From positions 160,001-224,000 of the forward strand of contig CBDDBZ010000037.1 of the NCBI GenBank assembly GCA_965225945.1: a stretch of 64,000 nucleotides of DNA. Direction: 5' to 3'. The notes under the pieces were generated by a model. It did not search any database. It worked only from the letters and a program-made list of their open reading frames with translations, and was not told the DNA's origin. Source of the DNA: Alphaproteobacteria bacterium. GTDB taxonomy: Bacteria; Pseudomonadota; Alphaproteobacteria; GCA-2731375. The translations under genes were made by a program, and so were the position numbers. The first letter of the stretch is position 1; every line of letters starts with the position of its first letter. This document shows, one piece after another, positions 1 through 11,942 of the stretch.

Positions 1-52
1 TGAAGCCGATGGCCAGGAATGGGGCCGCGCCGGACCGCGAGGCGGGGCGGTC

Positions 53-670
53 ATGATCATCGCCGGCATCGCCTTCTATGTTCTGGCGGCCGTCGCCGTG
101 TTCGCCGGCCTCATGGTGATCTCGGCCCGGAACCCGGTGCATTCGGTGCTGTTCCTCATCCTCGCCTTCTTCACCGCCGCCGGTCTCTTCGTGCTGATGG
201 GGGCGGAGTTCCTGGCGATGATCCTGATCGTCGTCTACGTCGGCGCCGTGGCGGTGCTGTTCCTCTTCGTGGTGATGATGCTGGACGTTGATTTCGTGCA
301 GCTTCGCGAGGGCTTTCTCCAGTATCTTCCCACCGGCGGCGTGATCGGCCTGGTCATGCTGGTCGAATTGATCTTGATCGTGGGCACCGCCGTCGGCGGG
401 CCGGAGCCGGCCGTCGGCGGCGCCGGGGTGCCGATCCTGCCGGTCGATCAAGTCACCAACACCAAGGCCATCGGCCAGGTGCTCTATACCAAATACGTCT
501 ATCTGTTCCAGGCGGCGGGCATGCTGCTGCTGGTGGCGATGATCGGCGCCATCGTGCTGACGCTGCGGCGACGGGTGGGGGTGCGCAGGCAGTCGATCGC
601 GGCGCAGATCGGCCGGCCTCGCGAGGCCTCGGTCGAGCTCAAGAAGGTCGAGCCGGGGCAGGGGGTCTGA
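53..670 (+). CDS. nuoJ: NADH-quinone oxidoreductase subunit J
   Basis: Hydrophobic 205 aa ORF with [10 protein letters not shown] and [18 protein letters not shown] motifs; first gene of the nuoJKLMN run. Confidence 0.97.
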   Translation: MIIAGIAFYVLAAVAVFAGLMVISARNPVHSVLFLILAFFTAAGLFVLMGAEFLAMILIVVYVGAVAVLFLFVVMMLDVDFVQLREGFLQYLPTGGVIGLVMLVELILIVGTAVGGPEPAVGGAGVPILPVDQVTNTKAIGQVLYTKYVYLFQAAGMLLLVAMIGAIVLTLRRRVGVRRQSIAAQIGRPREASVELKKVEPGQGV

Positions 671-671
671 G

Positions 672-998
672 ATGGCGATCGCCAGCTTCTTCGAGATCGG
701 CCTCGGCCATTACCTGACGGTGGCCGCGATCCTCTTCACCCTCGGGATCTTCGGGATCTTCCTCAACCGCAAGAACGTCATCATCATCTTGATGTCGATC
801 GAGCTGATGCTGCTCGCGGTGAATATCAACCTCGTTGCCTTCTCGACCCATCAGGGCGATCTCGTGGGCCAGATCTTCGCCATGTTCGTGCTGACGGTGG
901 CGGCGGGCGAGGCGGCGATCGGCCTGGCGATCCTGGTGGTCTACTTCCGCAATCGCGGCTCGATCGAGGTCGAGGACATCGATCTGATGAAGGGCTGA
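672..998 (+). CDS. nuoK: NADH-quinone oxidoreductase subunit K
   Basis: [16 protein letters not shown] and [12 protein letters not shown] motifs. Confidence 0.97.
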   Translation: MAIASFFEIGLGHYLTVAAILFTLGIFGIFLNRKNVIIILMSIELMLLAVNINLVAFSTHQGDLVGQIFAMFVLTVAAGEAAIGLAILVVYFRNRGSIEVEDIDLMKG

Positions 999-1011
999 CG
1001 GGCGTCGAGGG

Positions 1012-2952
1012 ATGAGCATTTATCACGTCATCGTCTTCCTGCCGCTGGTGGCCTGCATCATCGCCGGCTTCGGCGGGCGTTGGATCGGCGACCGGGGTGC
1101 TCAGTGGGTCACTTGCGGCGCGGTCGGGCTCGCCGGGCTGCTGTCGCTCTTCGCCTTCTACGACGTGGCGATCCAGGGCAACCTCGCCAAGGCGGCGGTC
1201 TTCACCTGGATCGATTCCGGTGCCTTCGAGGTCGTCTGGTCGATCCGCGTCGATTCCCTCACCGCCGTCATGCTGGTGGTGGTGAACGTGATCTCGGCTT
1301 TGATCCACGTCTATTCCGTCGGCTACATGAGCCACGATCCGCATATCCCGCGGTTCATGTCCTACCTTTCGCTCTTCACCTTCTTCATGTTGATGCTGGT
1401 GACGGCGGACAACTTCATACAGCTCTTCTTCGGCTGGGAGGGCGTGGGCCTCGTCTCCTATCTGCTGATCGGCTTCTGGTACCTCAGGCCCGCGGCCAAT
1501 GCCGCCGCGATCAAGGCCTTCCTGGTCAACCGGATCGGCGATTTCGGCTTCGCCCTCGCCATCATGGCGATCTTCCTGGCCTTCGGCTCGGTCGATTTCG
1601 ACACCGTCTTCACCGCCGCGCCCGAGCAACAGGGCAAGACGTTCGACTTCCTCGGCCTCGAGCTCGATCTGATGACGACGATCTGCGTCCTGCTGTTCAT
1701 CGGCGCGATGGGCAAGTCGGCGCAGGTCCCGCTCCACACCTGGCTGCCCGACGCGATGGAAGGTCCGACCCCGGTGAGCGCCTTGATCCACGCCGCGACC
1801 ATGGTGACCGCGGGCGTCTTCATGGTCGCGCGCTGCTCGCCGCTGTTTGAGCTCTCGGCCACCGCGCTGGTGGTGGTGACCGTGGTCGGCGCCTTCACCG
1901 CCTTCTTCGCCGCGACCGTCGGCCTGGTGCAGAACGACATCAAGCGGGTCGTCGCCTACAGCACGTGCAGCCAGCTCGGCTACATGTTCTTCGCCTGCGG
2001 CGTCGGCGCCTATGCCGCCGCGATCTTCCACCTCTTCACCCATGCCTTCTTCAAGGCGCTGCTGTTCCTGGGCTCCGGTTCGGTGATCCACGCGCTCTCG
2101 GACGAGCAGGACATGCGCAAGATGGGGGGCATGCGCAAGCTCATGCCGTGGACCTATGGGACCATGTGGGTGGGGACTCTCGCGCTCGCCGGCATTCCGA
2201 TCTTCGCCGGCTTTTACTCCAAGGACATGATCCTGGAAAGCGCCTTCGCCAAGGCCACCGGGGCGGGCCATTTCGCCTATTACCTGGGCGTCGTCGCCGC
2301 GGTGATGACCGCTTTCTATTCCTGCCGCCTGATGTTCATGACCTTCCACGGCGAGCCCCGGGCGGGGGAGGAAGCAATGCATCGGGCGCACGAAAGCCCA
2401 CCGGTGATCCTGATCCCGCTGGTGATCCTGGCGGTGGGCGCGGCCGGCTCCGGCTTCGCCTTCTACCACTTCTTCGTCGGCGACGGCCGGGCCGATTTCT
2501 GGGGCAAGGCGATTCTGACGCTGGGCGAGACGGACGTGATCGAGGCGGCGCACCATGTGCCGTTCTGGGTCAAGGCGCTGCCGCTGGTCGCGGCGGGGTC
2601 CGGCATTCTCGGCGCGGCGATCTTCTACCTCTGGCGCCAAGGCATTCCCGAGCGCATCGTCGGCGCGCATCGGGAGGCGTATCTGTTCCTGCTCAACAAG
2701 TGGTACTTCGACGAGGCCTACGAGCTGCTGCTGGTTCGCCCCTCCAAGTGGCTGGGCCTGAAGCTCTGGAAGGTCGGCGACGGACGGATCATCGATGGGC
2801 TAGGTCCCGACGGCGTCTCGACGACGGTGATCCGGCTCGCCCAGCGGGCGTCGGCGCTGCAGTCGGGCTACCTCTACCACTATGCCTTCGCCATGCTGCT
2901 CGGCATCGCGATTTTCGTCACCTGGTACTTCCTGGCGGGTTGGGGAGGGTGA
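1012..2952 (+). CDS. nuoL: NADH-quinone oxidoreductase subunit L
   Basis: [38 protein letters not shown] and [10 protein letters not shown] motifs. Confidence 0.98.
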   Translation: MSIYHVIVFLPLVACIIAGFGGRWIGDRGAQWVTCGAVGLAGLLSLFAFYDVAIQGNLAKAAVFTWIDSGAFEVVWSIRVDSLTAVMLVVVNVISALIHVYSVGYMSHDPHIPRFMSYLSLFTFFMLMLVTADNFIQLFFGWEGVGLVSYLLIGFWYLRPAANAAAIKAFLVNRIGDFGFALAIMAIFLAFGSVDFDTVFTAAPEQQGKTFDFLGLELDLMTTICVLLFIGAMGKSAQVPLHTWLPDAMEGPTPVSALIHAATMVTAGVFMVARCSPLFELSATALVVVTVVGAFTAFFAATVGLVQNDIKRVVAYSTCSQLGYMFFACGVGAYAAAIFHLFTHAFFKALLFLGSGSVIHALSDEQDMRKMGGMRKLMPWTYGTMWVGTLALAGIPIFAGFYSKDMILESAFAKATGAGHFAYYLGVVAAVMTAFYSCRLMFMTFHGEPRAGEEAMHRAHESPPVILIPLVILAVGAAGSGFAFYHFFVGDGRADFWGKAILTLGETDVIEAAHHVPFWVKALPLVAAGSGILGAAIFYLWRQGIPERIVGAHREAYLFLLNKWYFDEAYELLLVRPSKWLGLKLWKVGDGRIIDGLGPDGVSTTVIRLAQRASALQSGYLYHYAFAMLLGIAIFVTWYFLAGWGG

Positions 2953-2956
2953 GCCG

Positions 2957-4492
2957 ATGACCGATTGGCCGCTGCTCTCCCTCGTCGTCTTCCTGCCGCT
3001 GGCGGGCGTCGCCTTCATTCTGATCGGCGGCATGACCTCGAAGGACCCGGAGATCACCAAGCGCAACGCCAGGAGCGCCGCGCTCTGGACGTCCGCCGCG
3101 ACCTTCGTCATCTCGCTGCTGATATGGGCGAACTTCGAGAACGGCACCGCCGCTTTCCAGTTCGAGGAGCGCCACGAATGGCTGGCCCCGGGGATCGCCT
3201 ACCGGATGGGCGTCGACGGCATCTCGATGCTGTTCATCGTTCTGACCGCGCTGCTGACGCCGATCTGCATCCTGGCGAGCTGGGAGACCATCGAGAACCG
3301 CGTGCCCGAGTACATGATCGCCTTCCTCGTGCTCGAGACGATGATGATCGGCGTCTTCTCGGCCCTCGACTTCGTGCTGTTCTATCTCTTCTTCGAGGGT
3401 GGCCTGATCCCGATGTTCCTGATCATCGGGATCTGGGGCGGGCCGAGGCGGATTTACTCGACCTTCAAGTTCTTCCTCTTCACGCTCTTGGGCTCGGTCC
3501 TGTTGCTGCTGGCGCTCGCCTACATGTATGTGACCGTCGGCACCACCGACATCCCGACACTGATCGGCCATGACTTCGCGGCCGGCGCGCAGACTTGGCT
3601 CTGGCTCGCCTTCTTCGCCTCCTTCGCGGTCAAACTGCCCATGTGGCCGTTCCATACCTGGCTTCCCGATGCCCACGTGGAGGCGCCGACGGCGGGCTCC
3701 GTCGTACTGGCCGCCGTGCTGTTGAAGATGGGCGGTTACGGCTTCCTCAGATTCTCGATCCCGATGCTGCCGCTGGCCAGCGAGTATTTCATTCCCTTCG
3801 TCTTCGCGCTGTCGATCGTCGCGGTGATCTACACCTCCTTCGTCGCCCTGATGCAGGAGGACATGAAGAAGCTGATCGCCTATTCCTCGGTGGCGCACAT
3901 GGGCTTCGTCACCGTCGGAATCTTCAGCTTCACGACCCAGGGAGTGGAAGGCGGGATCGTCCAGATGCTGAGCCACGGCATCGTCTCCGCCGCGCTCTTC
4001 CTCTGCGTCGGGGTGATCTATGACCGCGTCCACAGCCGCATGATCGACGACTACGGCGGCCTGGTGAACCGGATGCCCAAATATGCCTTCGTCTTCGCCG
4101 TCTTCATGCTGGCCTCGGTCGGCCTGCCGGGGACCAGCGGCTTCGTCGGCGAATTCCTGATACTGGTCGGCGCCTTTCAGGTCAGCACCTGGGTCGCGGC
4201 GCTGACCTCGACCGGCATGATCTTGGGCGCCGCCTACATGCTCTGGCTCTATCGCCGGGTGATTTTCGGCGTGCTGGAGAAGGACAACCTGAAATCGATC
4301 GTCGATATGAGCCCGCGCGAAATTTTGATCTTTGCGCCGCTGGTGGCGATCGCGATTCTCATGGGAATCTACCCGACGCCGGTCCTAGACGTCATGCACG
4401 CCTCCGTCGCCAACCTGCTGGAGCAGTATCATGGCGCCGTGCAGGCGGCCCAGGCGGCGGGCGAGGGCGCGACGCGGTTGGCGGCGAGATAG
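2957..4492 (+). CDS. nuoM: NADH-quinone oxidoreductase subunit M
   Basis: [23 protein letters not shown] motif; ATG at 2957 chosen just after the nuoL stop. Confidence 0.97.
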   Translation: MTDWPLLSLVVFLPLAGVAFILIGGMTSKDPEITKRNARSAALWTSAATFVISLLIWANFENGTAAFQFEERHEWLAPGIAYRMGVDGISMLFIVLTALLTPICILASWETIENRVPEYMIAFLVLETMMIGVFSALDFVLFYLFFEGGLIPMFLIIGIWGGPRRIYSTFKFFLFTLLGSVLLLLALAYMYVTVGTTDIPTLIGHDFAAGAQTWLWLAFFASFAVKLPMWPFHTWLPDAHVEAPTAGSVVLAAVLLKMGGYGFLRFSIPMLPLASEYFIPFVFALSIVAVIYTSFVALMQEDMKKLIAYSSVAHMGFVTVGIFSFTTQGVEGGIVQMLSHGIVSAALFLCVGVIYDRVHSRMIDDYGGLVNRMPKYAFVFAVFMLASVGLPGTSGFVGEFLILVGAFQVSTWVAALTSTGMILGAAYMLWLYRRVIFGVLEKDNLKSIVDMSPREILIFAPLVAIAILMGIYPTPVLDVMHASVANLLEQYHGAVQAAQAAGEGATRLAAR

Positions 4493-4500
4493 GGGGAGCG

Positions 4501-5946
4501 ATGGCCATCGAGACCCACCTCTACGCCGCCGCGTTACCGGAGATATTCATCGCCGTCTCGGCCATGGCGCTGTTGATGCTTGGGGTATTCCGCGGCGACG
4601 GCTCGACACGCCTGGTCGCCTGGCTCGCCGTCGCGGCGATGGCGATCGCCTTCGCGCTGGTCTCGAACATGTCGGGCATCCGCGTGGTGACCTTCGCCGG
4701 CGGCTTCGTCATCGACGACTTCGGCAACTTCGCCAAGTTCCTGATCCTGCTCGGCGCCGCCGTTGGGCTGATCATGTCGCTTTCCTATATCCGCAACGAG
4801 GGGATGGAACGTTTCGAGTTTCCGGTTCTCATCCTGCTGGCGACGCTCGGCATGATGATGATGGTGTCGGCCAACGATCTGATCTCGCTCTACATGGGGC
4901 TGGAGATCCAGAGTCTCTCACTCTACGTCGTCACCGCCATCAAGCGGGATTCCCACCGCTCCAGCGAGGCCGGCCTCAAGTATTTCGTCCTCGGCGCGCT
5001 TTCCTCCGGCATGCTGCTCTACGGCTGCTCGATGATCTACGGCTTCACCGGCAGCACCAATTTCGAGACGATCGCGGCCCATGTCGGCGAGGCCAAGGGC
5101 GCTTCGGTCGGCCTGGTCGTCGGCATCGCCTTCCTGATGGCGGGCCTCGCCTTCAAGGTCTCCGCCGTGCCCTTCCATATGTGGACGCCGGACGTCTACG
5201 AAGGCGCGCCGACGCCGGTGACCGCCTTCCTGGCGGCGGCGCCGAAGATCGCGGCGATCGTGCTCTTCATCCGCGCCATGGTGGTGCCTTTCGCCGAGGC
5301 GACCCAGGACTGGCAGCAGATCGTCGTCTTCATCTCCATGCTGTCGATGGTGCTGGGCGCCTTCGCGGCGATCTGGCAGACCAACATCAAGCGGCTGATG
5401 GCCTACAGTTCGATCGGCCATATCGGCTTCGCGCTCATGGGCCTGGCGGCCGGCACGTCGGAGGGCGTGCGCGCGACGTTGGTCTATATGACGATCTATC
5501 TGGTCATGAACCTCGGTACCTTCGCCTGCATCCTCTGCATGCGCCGGCGCGATGGGCTCGTGGAGGGGATCAGCGATCTCGCCGGCCTCGACCGCAACGA
5601 CCGGCCGGTGGCGTTGGCACTGATGGTCTTCATGTTCTCCATGGCCGGCGTGCCGCCGGCGGCGGGTTTCTTCGGCAAGTTCTACGTCTTCATGGCCGCC
5701 GTCCACGCCGAGCTCTACCTGCTGGCGGTCGTCGGCGTCGTCTCCAGCGTGGTGGCCGCCTTCTATTACCTCAGGATCGTCAAGATCATGTATTTCGACG
5801 ACCCCGCCGAGCCGTTCATCAAGCCGATCGGCCCGGAGATGAAGGTGATCCTGACGGTGACGGCGAGCTTCGTGGTCTTTTTCGCCGTCTATCCGGCGCC
5901 CTTGCTGGAAAGCGCCCAGGCCGCCGCCGCCGCCGTGATGCCGTGA
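4501..5946 (+). CDS. nuoN: NADH-quinone oxidoreductase subunit N
   Basis: [13 protein letters not shown] and [22 protein letters not shown] motifs. Confidence 0.97.
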   Translation: MAIETHLYAAALPEIFIAVSAMALLMLGVFRGDGSTRLVAWLAVAAMAIAFALVSNMSGIRVVTFAGGFVIDDFGNFAKFLILLGAAVGLIMSLSYIRNEGMERFEFPVLILLATLGMMMMVSANDLISLYMGLEIQSLSLYVVTAIKRDSHRSSEAGLKYFVLGALSSGMLLYGCSMIYGFTGSTNFETIAAHVGEAKGASVGLVVGIAFLMAGLAFKVSAVPFHMWTPDVYEGAPTPVTAFLAAAPKIAAIVLFIRAMVVPFAEATQDWQQIVVFISMLSMVLGAFAAIWQTNIKRLMAYSSIGHIGFALMGLAAGTSEGVRATLVYMTIYLVMNLGTFACILCMRRRDGLVEGISDLAGLDRNDRPVALALMVFMFSMAGVPPAAGFFGKFYVFMAAVHAELYLLAVVGVVSSVVAAFYYLRIVKIMYFDDPAEPFIKPIGPEMKVILTVTASFVVFFAVYPAPLLESAQAAAAAVMP

Positions 5947-6725
5947 CGCCGACCTCGCCCGCCGGGGGCCGAGACACTCCGGCGCCGCCGGCGTTCTTTC
6001 GGCCGATCTTCCATGAAGAGCTGGTCAGCACCAACGACGAGGCGCGGCGTCTCGCCGACGCCGGGGCCGAGGAAGGAACGCTCGTCGTCGCGCGGCGCCA
6101 GAGTGGCGGTCGCGGCCGACGCGGCCGGGTCTGGCATTCGCCCGTGGGAAATCTTTACGCCTCGTTCGTGTTTCGCCCGGGCGGCCCGCCGGGGGAGGCC
6201 GCAATGCTCTCCTTCGTCGCCGCGGTGGCGGTGGCGGTGGCCTTGGAGCGATGGCTCGAACCGGCGCGCATCCAGCTCGCCTGGCCCAACGACGTCCACA
6301 TCGACGGCGCCAAGATCTCCGGCATATTGTTGGAGGCCTCAGGCCTGGGCGACGGCGCCGCCGACGCCGTCGTCGTCGGCATCGGCGTCAACATCCGCCA
6401 TCACCCCGATCTCGCCGATCGGCCGACCACCGCGCTTCGGGCGCTCGGCGTCGAGGCGGCGTCCCCGGAGGTGGTGCTCGCCGACGTGGCGGCCGGCCTG
6501 CTGTTTTGGTATGAACGCTGGCGTCTGGAGGGCTTCGCGCCGGTCCGCCACGCATGGCTCGCCCGGGCCATGCGACGGGGCGAGACGATATCGGCCCGGG
6601 TCGGCGGGAAGGTGATCCGGGGCGTCTTCGCCGACCTGGACGAGTCCGGCGCCCTGGTGCTCGTCACGCCCGAGGGCGCGCGTCGGCGGATCACCGCCGG
6701 CGAGATCCACTTCGAGAATGCGTGA
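5943..6725 (+). CDS. birA: Biotin--[acetyl-CoA-carboxylase] ligase
   Basis: [22 protein letters not shown] and KISGIL motifs; GTG overlaps the nuoN stop (GTGA). Confidence 0.93.
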   Translation: MTPTSPAGGRDTPAPPAFFRPIFHEELVSTNDEARRLADAGAEEGTLVVARRQSGGRGRRGRVWHSPVGNLYASFVFRPGGPPGEAAMLSFVAAVAVAVALERWLEPARIQLAWPNDVHIDGAKISGILLEASGLGDGAADAVVVGIGVNIRHHPDLADRPTTALRALGVEAASPEVVLADVAAGLLFWYERWRLEGFAPVRHAWLARAMRRGETISARVGGKVIRGVFADLDESGALVLVTPEGARRRITAGEIHFENA

Positions 6726-6731
6726 GGCGAC

Positions 6732-7502
6732 ATGCTGCTCGCTATCAACGCCAACAACACCAACACCAAGTTCTCCCTCTACGACGGGAACCGCGCGGTG
6801 GGCGAATGGCGCCAACGAACCTCCGCGCACCGCACCGGCGACGAGCACGCGGTCTGGCTGTACCAACTGCTGGCGATGGAGAAGATCGATCCGAGCGCGA
6901 TCGATTCCGCGATCATCGCGACGACGGTGCCGGAGGCGCTGTTCAATCTACGCCGCCTCTGCACCCGCTATCTCGACTGCGAGCCGCTGGTGGTCGGCGA
7001 GGCGGGCTGCGAACTCGGCATCGAGGTCCGCGCGACGCCACCGGTCGGCGCCGATCGCATCGCCAATACCGTGGGCGCCGGGGTGCTGTTTCCGGGTCAG
7101 CCGATGATCATCGTCGATTTCGGCACCGCCACGACCTTCGACGTGGTGAACGCGGCCGGCGACTATTGCGGCGGCGCCATCGCGCCCGGCATCAACCTCT
7201 CCTTGGAGGCGCTGCACAACGCGACGGCGCTGCTGCCCAGGGTCGTGGTGGCGCGGCCCGAGAAGGTCATCGGCACCGATACGGTCGCCTGCATGCATTC
7301 CGGCATATTTTGGGGCTACGTCGGTTTGATCGAGGGCATCGTCGGGCGTATCCGGGACGAATTTGGGGCTCCCATGGGGGTACTTTCGACCGGCGGTCTG
7401 GCGCCGATGTTCGAAGGCGTGACCGAGGTGTTCGAGCAACTGGTGCCCGACATCACCATGCGCGGCCTGGTCGAGATCCATCGGCGGACCACCGGTGGCT
7501 GA
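6732..7502 (+). CDS. coaX: Type III pantothenate kinase
   Basis: GADRIAN, VDFGTATTFD and GGAIAPG motifs; conserved position after birA. Confidence 0.93.
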   Translation: MLLAINANNTNTKFSLYDGNRAVGEWRQRTSAHRTGDEHAVWLYQLLAMEKIDPSAIDSAIIATTVPEALFNLRRLCTRYLDCEPLVVGEAGCELGIEVRATPPVGADRIANTVGAGVLFPGQPMIIVDFGTATTFDVVNAAGDYCGGAIAPGINLSLEALHNATALLPRVVVARPEKVIGTDTVACMHSGIFWGYVGLIEGIVGRIRDEFGAPMGVLSTGGLAPMFEGVTEVFEQLVPDITMRGLVEIHRRTTGG

Positions 7503-9204
7503 GCCGGCAATCAGCGACGCCTGGTCGCCCGGCGACCTGGTGTTCCTCCCCCTCGGCGGGGCCGGCGAGATCGGCATGAACCTCAACCTCTACGGCCACG
7601 CCGGGAAATGGCTGATGGTCGATCTGGGGATCACCTTCGCCGACGAGACGATGCCGGGAATCGACCTGGTGATCCCGGACCCGAGCTTCATCGAGGAGCG
7701 GCGCGAGGATCTGTTGGGATTGATCCTGACCCATGCGCACGAGGATCATTTGGGCGCGGTGCCGCACCTCTGGCCCAGGCTTCGATGTCCCGTATATGCC
7801 ACGCCCTTCGCCGCCACGGTGCTGCGCCGCAAGCTCCGGGAGCACGGGCTGGAGAATGAGGTGCCGCTCCACGTGGTGCCGCTCGGCGGGAGTGTGTCGC
7901 TGCCGCCCTTCGAGGTCTCCTTCCTCGCCATCACCCACTCGATCCTGGAGCCCAACGCGCTCGCCATCCGCACAGCCGCGGGCATGATACTGCACACGGG
8001 CGATTGGAAGCTCGACCCCGATCCCCTGGTGATGGCGCCGACCGACGAGGCGGCTTTCCGCGCCTTGGGCGAGGAAGGCGTGCTGGCGATGGTCTGCGAT
8101 TCCACCAACGCGCTCGTCGAGGGCACCTCGGGCTCGGAGGCGGAGGTGCGCCGCCACCTGCTCGACCTCGTGGTGGGCCGGCCGGGCCGCGTCGCGATCA
8201 CCATCTTCGCCTCCAACGTCGCCCGCCTCAAGACGGTCGCCGAGGTCGCGCGCGCCGACGACCGCCATCTGGTCGTGGTCGGACGCTCGCTCTGGCGGAT
8301 GATCGAGGCGGCGCGCGAGACCGGCTACATGGACGATCTGGGCCCGCTGCTGGACGACAGGGAAGGGGGCAACCTGGCGCCGGAACGCGTGCTCTATCTC
8401 TGCACCGGCTGCCAGGGGGAGCCTCGGGGTGCCATGGCGCGGATCGCCTCGGGCGGGCATCGCGAGGTGGTGTTGGAGGCGGGCGACACGGTGATCTTCT
8501 CGTCGCGCATCATACCCGGCAACGAGCGGGCGATCGCCCGCATGCACAACCAGCTCGCCGAGGCGGGGGTCGAGGTGATCTCCGAGCGCGACGCCGACGT
8601 CCACGTATCCGGCCATCCCTGCCGCGAGGAACTGGCGGCGATGTATCGCTGGGTCCGCCCCCGGATCGCCGTGCCGGTCCACGGCGAGATGCGCCACATG
8701 CGCAGCCACGCGGACTTGGCCCGCTCGCTGCAAGTGCCGCATGCCGTCATCGCCGGCAACGGGCAAATTCTGAAGCTCGACGCGGCGGCGCCGGAAATCG
8801 TCGGCGAGGTCCGCTCGGGCCGCCTGCTGGTCGACGGCGACCGCCTGGTGGCCGAGGCCGATGCGGCGATCCGCGAGCGCCGGAGAATGATGTTCAACGG
8901 CAACGTCGTGGCGACCCTGGTGCTCGATGGCCGGGGCGAATTGGCGACGCCGCCGGCGATCGTCCTGCAAGGATTGCCCGGAATTGACGGCGAGGACTCG
9001 CTGGCCCAGGCCGTCGAGCGCGCCGTCGTCGCTGCCGTCGGACGGCTCGGGCGGGCGGGGCGACGGCTCGACGGCCGAATCGAGGAGGCCGCGCGTCTCG
9101 CCGCGCGCCGCGCGATCAAGAGCCTTTGCGGCAAGCGGCCCGTGGTGGAGGTGCGGGTCCTGCGCCTCGAACAGGGCCCCATGACGGGAGAGGGAAGAGG
9201 ATGA
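7495..9204 (+). CDS. rnj: Ribonuclease J
   Basis: PLGGAGEIGMN, THAHEDH (MBL), HTGDWK, HVSGH and PVHGE motifs. Confidence 0.95.
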   Translation: MAEPAISDAWSPGDLVFLPLGGAGEIGMNLNLYGHAGKWLMVDLGITFADETMPGIDLVIPDPSFIEERREDLLGLILTHAHEDHLGAVPHLWPRLRCPVYATPFAATVLRRKLREHGLENEVPLHVVPLGGSVSLPPFEVSFLAITHSILEPNALAIRTAAGMILHTGDWKLDPDPLVMAPTDEAAFRALGEEGVLAMVCDSTNALVEGTSGSEAEVRRHLLDLVVGRPGRVAITIFASNVARLKTVAEVARADDRHLVVVGRSLWRMIEAARETGYMDDLGPLLDDREGGNLAPERVLYLCTGCQGEPRGAMARIASGGHREVVLEAGDTVIFSSRIIPGNERAIARMHNQLAEAGVEVISERDADVHVSGHPCREELAAMYRWVRPRIAVPVHGEMRHMRSHADLARSLQVPHAVIAGNGQILKLDAAAPEIVGEVRSGRLLVDGDRLVAEADAAIRERRRMMFNGNVVATLVLDGRGELATPPAIVLQGLPGIDGEDSLAQAVERAVVAAVGRLGRAGRRLDGRIEEAARLAARRAIKSLCGKRPVVEVRVLRLEQGPMTGEGRG

Positions 9205-9605
9205 TCGGGCGATTGAATCACGTGGCCATCGTGGTCCCCGACTTGGGTGCCGCGAGCGCGGTTTATCGCGACACTCTCGGCGCCGAGGTCACCGCGCCCG
9301 CACACCTGCCGGAACACGGCGTGACGACGGTCTTCGTCGCGCTCGACAACACCAAGATCGAGCTGTTGGAGCCGCTCGGCGAGGACTCTCCGATCGCCGG
9401 GTTTCTCGCCCGCAATCCGGCCGGCGGCATGCACCACGTCTGCTACGAGGTCCACGACATCATCGCCGCGCGCGACCACCTGCGAGCCCAAGGCGCCCGG
9501 GTGCTCGGCGACGGGGAACCTCGGACCGGCGCCCACGGCAAGCCGGTTCTCTTCCTCCATCCGAAGGATTTCTGTGGCACATTGGTGGAATTGGAACAGG
9601 TCTGA
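9201..9605 (+). CDS. mce: Methylmalonyl-CoA epimerase
   Basis: MIGRLNHVAI, GGMHHVCYEV and GAHGKPVLFLHPKD motifs; ATGA overlap with rnj. Confidence 0.95.
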   Translation: MIGRLNHVAIVVPDLGAASAVYRDTLGAEVTAPAHLPEHGVTTVFVALDNTKIELLEPLGEDSPIAGFLARNPAGGMHHVCYEVHDIIAARDHLRAQGARVLGDGEPRTGAHGKPVLFLHPKDFCGTLVELEQV

Positions 9606-9623
9606 GGCGTCGGGAGCGGGGTC

Positions 9624-9881
9624 ATGAGCATCGCCAGCGACCTGCTGGTCTACGCCTTGATCTGGGGCGTCGTCTTCTTCATGGCGCTGCCGATCGGCGT
9701 CAGTACGGCGGAGGAAGCCGGCGAAAGCTTGGAACCGGGCATGGCGGAAAGCGCGCCGGTCCGCCCCCGGGTTTGGCTGAAAGCCGGCGCCACGACCCTC
9801 GTTGCGGCGCTGCTCTGGCTCGGGTTTTATTTCATTCGAAAATACGATCTGGTCGGCTTTCGCGACTACTTGGGGCAATAA
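9624..9881 (+). CDS. DUF1467 family membrane protein
   Basis: IWGVVFFMALPIGV...GMAESAP pattern; usual neighbour of mce in Alphaproteobacteria. Confidence 0.85.
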   Translation: MSIASDLLVYALIWGVVFFMALPIGVSTAEEAGESLEPGMAESAPVRPRVWLKAGATTLVAALLWLGFYFIRKYDLVGFRDYLGQ

Positions 9882-9995
9882 CCGAGGGGTGCGATCGCCG
9901 AATCCAGCTCATTGATTCGCGCGATTCGCCGCCGAATGCACAATTCAATGCGCGCCAAGGTGTTTCGATCGGCCGATGCAAGGCACGGTGCGTTT

Positions 9996-11687
9996 GTAAG
10001 AGGGGCAAAACCCCGGGCATTTTTTGAGCTGGGGGGATTCTCAGCGGACTCGAAGTATGAATCAATGGGGCGATGGCCGAATCGCTCCCGGATATTGAGG
10101 CCCTGAGCCTGGACGACCTCAAGCGGTTGGTGCTCCGGCAATTGGAGGAGGTCGCGCGTCTGCGAGTGGAGAACGCGGCCTTGCGCGAGGAGATCGCGCG
10201 GCTGAAAGGGCTCAAGGGGCGGCCCAAGATCAAGCCGAGCGGCATGGAGAAGAAGGCGGCCGAACGACGCAAGACCAAGGAACGGCGCCAACAGGCCCGC
10301 CGGGGCAAGAAGAACGCGCGGCTGCGTATCGACGAGGAGCGCATCCTTGTGGCCGAGGTTCCGCCGGGCTCGCGCTTCAAGGGCACCGAGCCCTACGTGG
10401 TCCAAGATCTCTTGGTGCGCCCATATACCCTGCGCTACCACCGGCAACGCTGGGTGACGCCGTCGGGAGAGACGGTGATAGCGGCCTTGCCAGCGGGGGT
10501 GAAGGGCCACTTCGGGTCGGAGTTGCGCCGCTTCGTGGTGGACCTCTACCACCAGGGCCAGACCACGGTGGCGCGTCTGGTGGCCTTGCTCAGCGATATC
10601 GGGGTGGCGATCTCCAAGCGCCAGGTGATGCGGCTCCTGAACGAGGACCAGGCGTGCTTCACCGGCGAGGCGGGCGCGGTTCTGCGCGCCGGCCTGGAGA
10701 CCGCGGCCTGGGTCAGCGTGGACGACACCGGCGCCCGCCATCGGGCGCGCAACGGCGTGTGCACGCAGATCGGCAACGACCATTTCGCCTGGTTCGCCAC
10801 CGGCTTTTCCAAGAGCCGGCGGAACTTCCTGGAACTGCTGCGGGCCGGTCACGAAGACTACCTGGTCAATGACGCGGCCTTGGCCTACATGCGCGAACGC
10901 CGTCTCGCCGGCCCCCTCGTCGCCCGTTTGGAAACGGCCCGGGTGCGCCGCTTTGCCGACGAGAGGATCTGGATGAGCCACCTGAAGGCCTTGGGGATCA
11001 CGGACCTCGAGGTCCAGCCCGATCCGGTCAAGATCGCCACCGAGGGCGCGCTCTGGGGCTCCCTTACTGACCACGGCCTGCTCAAAGACAGCGTCATCCT
11101 CAGCGACGACGCCGGCCAGTTCAACGTCGGCCATCACGCGCTCTGCTGGGTCCACGCCGAGCGCTTGGTCCATAAGCTGGATTGTTTCACTCAGGCGCAG
11201 GCGCAAGCGAAAGAACGGATCCGGACCCGGATCTGGTGGCTCTACGCGGACCTCAAGGCCTACCGCGAAGACCCGCGCCGGCGACGAAGACGCGAGCTTC
11301 GCCGGCGCTTCGACGATATCTTCACCAGGCGCACCGGCTTCGCCACCCTCGATCGCCTGCTCGCCCGGCTCCATGGCAACAAGGAAGAGTTGCTGCTGGT
11401 GCTCGAGCGCCCCGAGGTGCCGCTCAACACCAACGGCTCGGAGAACGACATCCGCTGCCAGGTGACCCGCCGCAAGATCTCCGGCGGCACCCGATCCGAG
11501 GCCGGCCGCGAGGCCCGCGACGCCTTCCTCGGCCTCATGAAGACCTGCGCCAAACAGGGCATCTCCTTCTGGGACTACCTCGGCGACCGCCTCGGGGTCC
11601 CCGATGCCCCGCCTATCGCCTACCTCCCCGATCTGATCAGGCAGCGCGCCGCCTCAGCCTGAGTGCCCGGGGTTCTGCCCCTATTAC
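9996..11687 (+). mobile_element. IS66-family element, single-ORF type, 1692 bp
   Basis: Ends GTAAGAGGGGCAAAACCCCGGGCA and TGCCCGGGGTTCTGCCCCTATTAC; perfect 8-bp TSD GTGCGTTT at 9988-9995 and 11688-11695. Confidence 0.95.
10073..11662 (+). CDS. IS66-family transposase
   Basis: N-terminal coiled coil; VDDTG, LSDDAGQF, HALCWVHAER and NTNGSENDIR motifs. Confidence 0.93.
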   Translation: MAESLPDIEALSLDDLKRLVLRQLEEVARLRVENAALREEIARLKGLKGRPKIKPSGMEKKAAERRKTKERRQQARRGKKNARLRIDEERILVAEVPPGSRFKGTEPYVVQDLLVRPYTLRYHRQRWVTPSGETVIAALPAGVKGHFGSELRRFVVDLYHQGQTTVARLVALLSDIGVAISKRQVMRLLNEDQACFTGEAGAVLRAGLETAAWVSVDDTGARHRARNGVCTQIGNDHFAWFATGFSKSRRNFLELLRAGHEDYLVNDAALAYMRERRLAGPLVARLETARVRRFADERIWMSHLKALGITDLEVQPDPVKIATEGALWGSLTDHGLLKDSVILSDDAGQFNVGHHALCWVHAERLVHKLDCFTQAQAQAKERIRTRIWWLYADLKAYREDPRRRRRRELRRRFDDIFTRRTGFATLDRLLARLHGNKEELLLVLERPEVPLNTNGSENDIRCQVTRRKISGGTRSEAGREARDAFLGLMKTCAKQGISFWDYLGDRLGVPDAPPIAYLPDLIRQRAASA

Positions 11688-11942
11688 GTGCGTTTGTGTT
11701 AACTAATTGAATTAATGACGAAAATATGGCCATCGAGAAGTCATGCAAGACCTCGTGCCTTGCCAAACGCGTGGCGCAATCACATAATTCCAATGTCGTT
11801 GGAGGGTGTTGGCCTCCAATGTACGCTTAAAGGCGTTTCCTCCCAAAACTTGGGCCGCGCGAGATTCGGGCGGCCCCTTTTGGTGTCGAATTCGCGCCTG
11901 CGCGGCTACCGAAAATTCATCAATTCGCGCCATGTTGGCCGT

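Noticed and set aside
826-2670. Long antisense and alternate-frame ORFs over nuoL and many other genes
   Set aside because: Shadow ORFs expected in high-GC DNA; Arg/Pro/Gly-rich with no motifs, and they overlap well-supported genes.
11696-11716. Possible CtrA box in TTAACTAATTGAATTAA
   Set aside because: The TTAA half sites are 9 bp apart, not 7.
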